A DNA stretch of 64,000 bases from Paraspadella gotoi (taxonomy: Eukaryota; Animalia; Chaetognatha), in assembly GCA_051294375.1 (NCBI GenBank), contig CM119266.1, positions 2,345,008 to 2,409,007 on the forward strand. The letters run 5' to 3'. The notes beneath the pieces are model-generated. The model was not told where the DNA came from. It did no database searches and was given only the letters and a program-made list of their open reading frames with translations. The position numbers were made by a program, and so were the translations under genes. Below are positions 59,201-64,000 of this stretch, one piece after another (the first letter of the stretch is position 1; the number at the start of each line of letters is the position of its first letter).

Positions 59201-62200
59201 CTTTTTTATTGACAACAAATATTTTGTCTTTTGTCTTTTCATTCCCCCAGTTCACCTTGTTATCTATCCTGAATGATTATCTGCAAAAAAAAAAAAATCG
59301 AAATATTGGTTGTCAATAAATATATGTTTAACTTGTTACCCAATTCGACGTTTCCAAATCAATAATTAAACAGTGCATGCGATAACTGTGCAATTGTTTT
59401 AACTTCATTTCATTTTACCCTACGTATCCAAGCGTTTCTTCCATGGGCGCCGTACGACGCCCCATCAAACATTCGGTCCTGAACGGAAGACAATCAAGTG
59501 GTGAGTTACTTCTCTCGTTTTTTTTCCTCACTTGCCACGCCCCCTTTCCACCTCCCCCCAATTTTCCTTTTTCGTGATCCGCAATCACGTTGGGTTTTTT
59601 TAGTTGTTTTTTTTGTAAGCCAAGTAGGAACCCATTAAAACTCGGTTGTAAGGAGGGGGAAAATGAGGCTTAGTTAATGGCGCCGTCGCTTGGCTTCATT
59701 GTAAATATTACGATGGAAAACTGCCTTGACGTCTGCAACTCCCGCGTAACGTCTTCCGGTTTTGCTGCAGTAAATAAAAAAAAACCGTTGCTTTTTTGCC
59801 TCCAGCGTTTACGGCCAGAATTGAGGAAGAAAAAAAATTAATCTTATTTTTTCTGCTTCCACGGGTTTTGTGTCCGTGATGTGTTTTTTTTCGCACATGC
59901 CTTTCTTCTCTTCCTTCGTTTTCTTTTGTTCTTTCTTTCGTCTGATCGCTTTTTATCCCTTTCTGTTTCTGTACTACTACTATATTCACTTTTCCCTTCT
60001 TCCTTTTCTTCTTCTTTTCTCACCTTTTTTTCTTTTTAACTCTTATTACCTCTCGTTTCTAATTCTTTTTCAACTTATTTTTTCTTTTCTTCTCTCGTCT
60101 TCAATTTTCACTTTCCTTTTCTTCACCATTATTCTCTCTTTCAACCTCGTTTCTTCTTTTCTTCTCTTCCCTTTTCTTCTTCTTCTTCTTCTTCCTTTTC
60201 TTCTTCTTCTTCTTTTCCTCTTCACCCCCCCCACCCCAGCCCCCCAACCGCGCACCTCCTCCGACGACTCTGAGGGGATTGACTCGATGGAGTTTCCCCT
60301 CGATTTCGAGGACGGGGGAGACGGAGGTACAGTGGGTCACGCTTTTAAATACATTCCCGCTCAATCAGCTTTATTTATTCTTTCGCCATCATAGACGTAA
60401 CCGCCAGTTAATATTTTTATTTTGCGCCTTATACTTTTCGTTTCGTTAAATTACCAGCTTTTATATACGTTATGTAAAACGGCGGCGATAATTCGACTTC
60501 AGGCAAATTCGGATTTGTCCCAAAAATCCAGATGCGAGATAAAAACTGGATATATTTCGAGTCAAAAACCGTCATGCCTGCTTAACGAAGAAAAATAGTC
60601 TCGCTTTGAAAAAAAAAAATTTTTCTCCTTAGTTTTTATCTTTGGTGTTGTCGTAGCCCGAGTATTTCCGTCCCCTTTCGGGACACCAAACAATAAATAA
60701 TATTAATTAAGCGGAAGTCGATAAATCTACTCTGAAATTATAATTATAAATCTGAGCTTAAAATGTCATAAGTTTCGATTTTCGTCGCTGCCCTCGGGGG
60801 GACAAAAAAATTCTTTTTTTTTTCTTATTTACGAAGCTTTCGTTTTCATTTTTGCCTCCTACGCCCCCCTCCCTCTATTTTAAATTTCGGTGTTGTAAGC
60901 CTCTTAACTATATCGTGATATTAAGTTTTAACTTTCGCTTTCGTGTATAACTCGATATGGTATTATTTCGTTTTTAAATTTTTCGTCGTTAATTTGATTT
61001 TTTCTTCGTTTCCCTTCGCTTTTCCCCTTTTCTCTTTTGTCGCGAGTACGTGTCCTTGTTTCGCTTTCGTATCGTGCTCTCCTTCGTTTTCTTTTTTCTT
61101 TCTTTTTCCCCTCTTCTCTCTGGCTTTGTCTCCTTTCTCTTCCTTACTCTTTCCTTCCCTTTTCCTTTCCTCCATTTTCTCTGCCCCTTTCCTTCCTTCC
61201 CACTTTCCTTCCCCTTCGCTCTTTCTCCCCCTACCTTTTCGGCCAAATTAGAGCCGCAATCAACTCTCTTTCATCGAAACCCCGTGAAACGCTCCAATTC
61301 GGCCGCAGACATTTTAGACGAGGATGAGGCGCCACGACCGGCGCCGTCGATGGCGCCATCTGCGGCGCCGGCGAGGAAGTCCCGTGGTCCCGCGCAGCGG
61401 ATCGAGAGACGAGGTTAGCTCTGGGCCTGAGAATAGTAAGGTCAAGTGGTTGAGGTTGGTGAGACTGGGGGGCAAAGTATGTGTAGAATTAGAATGGTTT
61501 CGAGCGGAACCCAATAATTAAGCGTCTTTTTTGTTGCGTTAATTAAAGTCGGACGTGACTCCGGGCTTCTTTTTAATTTCTCCTTCTTTATCCTTTTCCT
61601 AACTTTTGCTTCCTTTTCTCCTCCTTTCTTTCCTTTTGTCTTTCTTCTGCTTCTCGACTCCATCCTTCTCCCCCCCCCAAAATTCTCTCCTCTCCCCCCC
61701 CTTTCAAAGCCTCCGCAACGAAGGCTTCTTCCTCGGCTTCCCCTTCCGCCATCCCCTCCATCGACGATCGAGGGCGCGCTCGGTCCCGGGTGGGCGTGTC
61801 TCAATCTCAGCCCGGGTCCCGCTCCGGGTCGCCGGGATCCGCCACCGCCCACCTCTCCTATGGATTTTCCATGGACACTTCTCCGGGCAAGGTTTGACTC
61901 ACGGACGGACTGCGATTGAAATGTGTCTGTTGGGAGAAAAGAGAAGAGAAGAGGAGAGAACAGAAAAAGAGGAGAAAAGAGAATAGAACAGAGAATTGAA
62001 GAAAACTGAATTAAACTGAACGAGGAAAACAACCAATTGATTTTTTTCTCTCCACCTGTCTCTCACGATTGCGCCACCCAAGGGAATCGGGGATCAGACC
62101 TTTTCGGGTCTCAGCTTCGCAGCCAGTCCGTGCACCCCGACGGGCACGCCGGGGAGCGGGCAGCGGAGCGGGCCGCGGCGGTCGCGGATCCCGCGGTCGG

Positions 62201-64000
62201 CCAACGCCTCGCGGGAGTCTTCACCGTCGCGACTCGGGTTCAGGTGAGGACGCGTGATGAGGTTGGGGGTCACGAGGTGAGGTCGACGGTTAGAGAGAGG
62301 GTTGGGGGGACTTATCACGGCGTGTCGGTCTCCGAAGACTCGTCTTGGAATCCTATTAATTTAAATGAATGGGATTAACTGTGGTTATCGCACAACAGCA
62401 CTCTGGCTTCCATTGTTTATACATCGCGATATTGTATTTATTTTATACATTTATTTGCAAAAAACACGTACTATACGAAACTGTGGCAAGTCATCTTATC
62501 ACTATCAATTAATTATTAAAACAAACGGCGTTATAAAATAATTTTTTTCGACGTGTTTACCTTTACGTTTTCACTTTTTCAGCCGACAATACTTTTCATT
62601 TAGACTATCCAGGTACATCTTTACTGAAACTGTTCGTGAAAAAAGCGGCCGATTCCATTTGGCAAATGTGAAAAAAAATGGTGTCTTCGGTCGCCGAGTG
62701 GAAGGGGGGTTGTTAATAAATCGATTTAATTTGACTACTAGTATTTCGAACGCTACTTTGTAGCACAGAGACATCGATTAACGAATTTTAGCAATATATA
62801 TTTGTTCACGGTTTTCGGTTGAAATGTTTTTATCCACGATAAATTAACGAGTTTATATAATAAAGTAAGGAATGCTAATAAACTTCACCGAATGTCGCAC
62901 CATGACGTGACAGGTTTATTGGTTAAGATGTGACGAGTTGATTTTAGAGATTAAATATAACTAAATACATAGATTTATTTACACCAAACACAATGCAATC
63001 GATGCATGCTACGCATTAGCTTATAAAACATTCCGTATTTCTTCCTGCCTACTAATTTTGTGAGGGATAAATTAATACAATAATTAATTAATAATCATCG
63101 CATAATCGACATTTTATTCGTTGGAATCAATCTTTTACATTTAACTCAATTCAGTTACTCCATGAAGAAATGCGGAATATGTTTTTTGAGGCCTTTCTTT
63201 CTCTATCATTTTTTCTATGGTTATAAAATAAAATATTTATTTTTATATTATAAGACCATTTTAAGGCAATCCTCTCTGTAAATTTTTGTTTTGTTTGCTA
63301 ACTGGAAAATAAACCTGTTGTGGACGAACCTTGTGTCGTCCATACTGTCGGTTATTTTCTTGTTGGCGGTTAAATGCCCTCTTAAAATTTATCAAGACAA
63401 TTTTTTAAGGAAATTGGTTTATATTATCGATCGTCCATTTTTTTGTTAATAAATAGTGTTCATTTTTTTGTGGTCAGTGCGGGTCGCGACCGGAGATTGA
63501 GTTCTGGCTCCACAGGTGGAACGCCCCTCTCTGCCGCCCGACGGTCAGTCAATTTTATTTTTGTGAACCAAGTTTTATTTTATTTGCCAACCTATTTCCT
63601 TCTCTTTTTAGCATTTACATACTACTTTATTTAAATCTTGTCCATTGTTCAGTGTGATCTATTTTATTTTCTTTTTCCATCCCAGGGTCCGCCTCTCCTG
63701 TTCTTTCTCATTCCTTTACTTTCGTTTGCTCTGCCAACCGTCGGTCAGTCTCCAGATTCAGACTCATTAAGGCACAGATTTTTTCCTCTAATCGCTTCTT
63801 CATCATCTTCTCTTTTTCCTCGAGTTTGAGATTTTTTTTTTCTGCTAACGAGGATTTTATGCGCCTTTCTCGAATTTTTCCTCTTCAAATCCTATCATTT
63901 AATTTTTGTTTACTGCAATTATTCTCCACATTACAATACATTACAATACAGGAACTACGGCGCCAATCGGTCCGGTTCCAATAGGAGCGATCCTCTCGCA
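47214..64000 (+). CDS. CLASP: CLIP-associating protein (CLASP/Orbit/MAST), partial; continues off the right edge
   Basis: TOG1: WLASSNFK|IALNGLE...VIDRLGDAKDQVRE...FQHKLWRVREE...LVEIYRHVGERVRTDL. TOG2: DWEKRVVAIKRLRG...VKDLRSQVVREACVT...LKKGLSDADAETRAFCRKAFW. Also GVSQSQPGSRSGSP and an SxIP motif (RRSRIPRS...SRESSP). At least 19 exons in the window. Confidence 0.95.
51149..51398 (-). mobile_element. Solo LTR of the twister-LTR element; ribozyme-like region at 51201-51278
   Basis: Full-length homologue of 31870-32124 in a CLASP intron. Retains the GA-CCG, UAA, GC and UCGGAAGC core, but P2 and P3 are weakened. No clean TSD. Confidence 0.85.
52477..55504 (-). CDS. Rhodopsin-class GPCR, FMRFamide/peptide-receptor-like, 8 exons, nested antisense in a CLASP intron
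   Basis: Approximate exons 55504-55277, 54853-54623, 54409-54206, 54138-54031, 53222-53082, 53004-52871, 52797-52691 and 52602-52477 splice in frame. TM1 GVVGN, TM2 YLLSLAVTD, TM3 SVDRYIAVCHP, TM4 YNAPRF, TM5 PLLILLVLN, TM6 FLVCQLP, TM7 INSATNFLLY...FR. Confidence 0.9.
53271..54022 (+). mobile_element. HINE/DINE-1-like element filling most of a GPCR intron; internal ~27-bp tandem repeat
   Basis: Colinear with 40969-41757 from aacaagtttgatcaaacaatgtcggatctg to the hairpin gtcgggatctgctgataagaagatccgac-taaaaa. Confidence 0.8.
56846..57359 (-). mobile_element. HINE/DINE-1-like element, internally deleted reverse copy
   Basis: Reverse complement matches both ends of 53271-54022 (tttttagtcggatctgct...; gggcagatccgacattgtttgctc). 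Confidence 0.75.

Overview
Gene-dense window from an invertebrate animal genome, with GC-rich exons and AT-rich, microsatellite-laden spliceosomal introns. I spliced nine protein-coding genes by hand: a multi-cysteine-cluster Toll-like LRR receptor (-, runs off the left edge), CFAP58 (+), Pitchfork/CIMAP3 (+), LSM14 (-), TAF4 (+), a PH+PTB DOK/IRS-like adaptor (-), a divergent G-protein beta gene nested antisense in that adaptor's first coding intron, CLASP (+, runs off the right edge), and a FMRFamide-receptor-like GPCR nested antisense in a CLASP intron. The most striking signal is a 756-bp non-coding element in a TAF4 intron (31369-32124, - strand). It has two ~255-bp LTRs, a 4-bp TSD and a tRNA-Trp-like PBS, and its LTRs fold by eye into a circularly permuted (type-P5) twister ribozyme, making it a candidate twister-based LTR 'retrozyme'. 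Related solo LTRs or fragments lie at 1832, 23762 and 51149. Also present are HINE/DINE-1-like elements, MITEs, at least three GC-AG introns and a probable alternative TAF4 first coding exon. Scattered 1-nt indels in conserved exons suggest uncorrected assembly errors. All calls were made by eye; no searches or folding programs were run.
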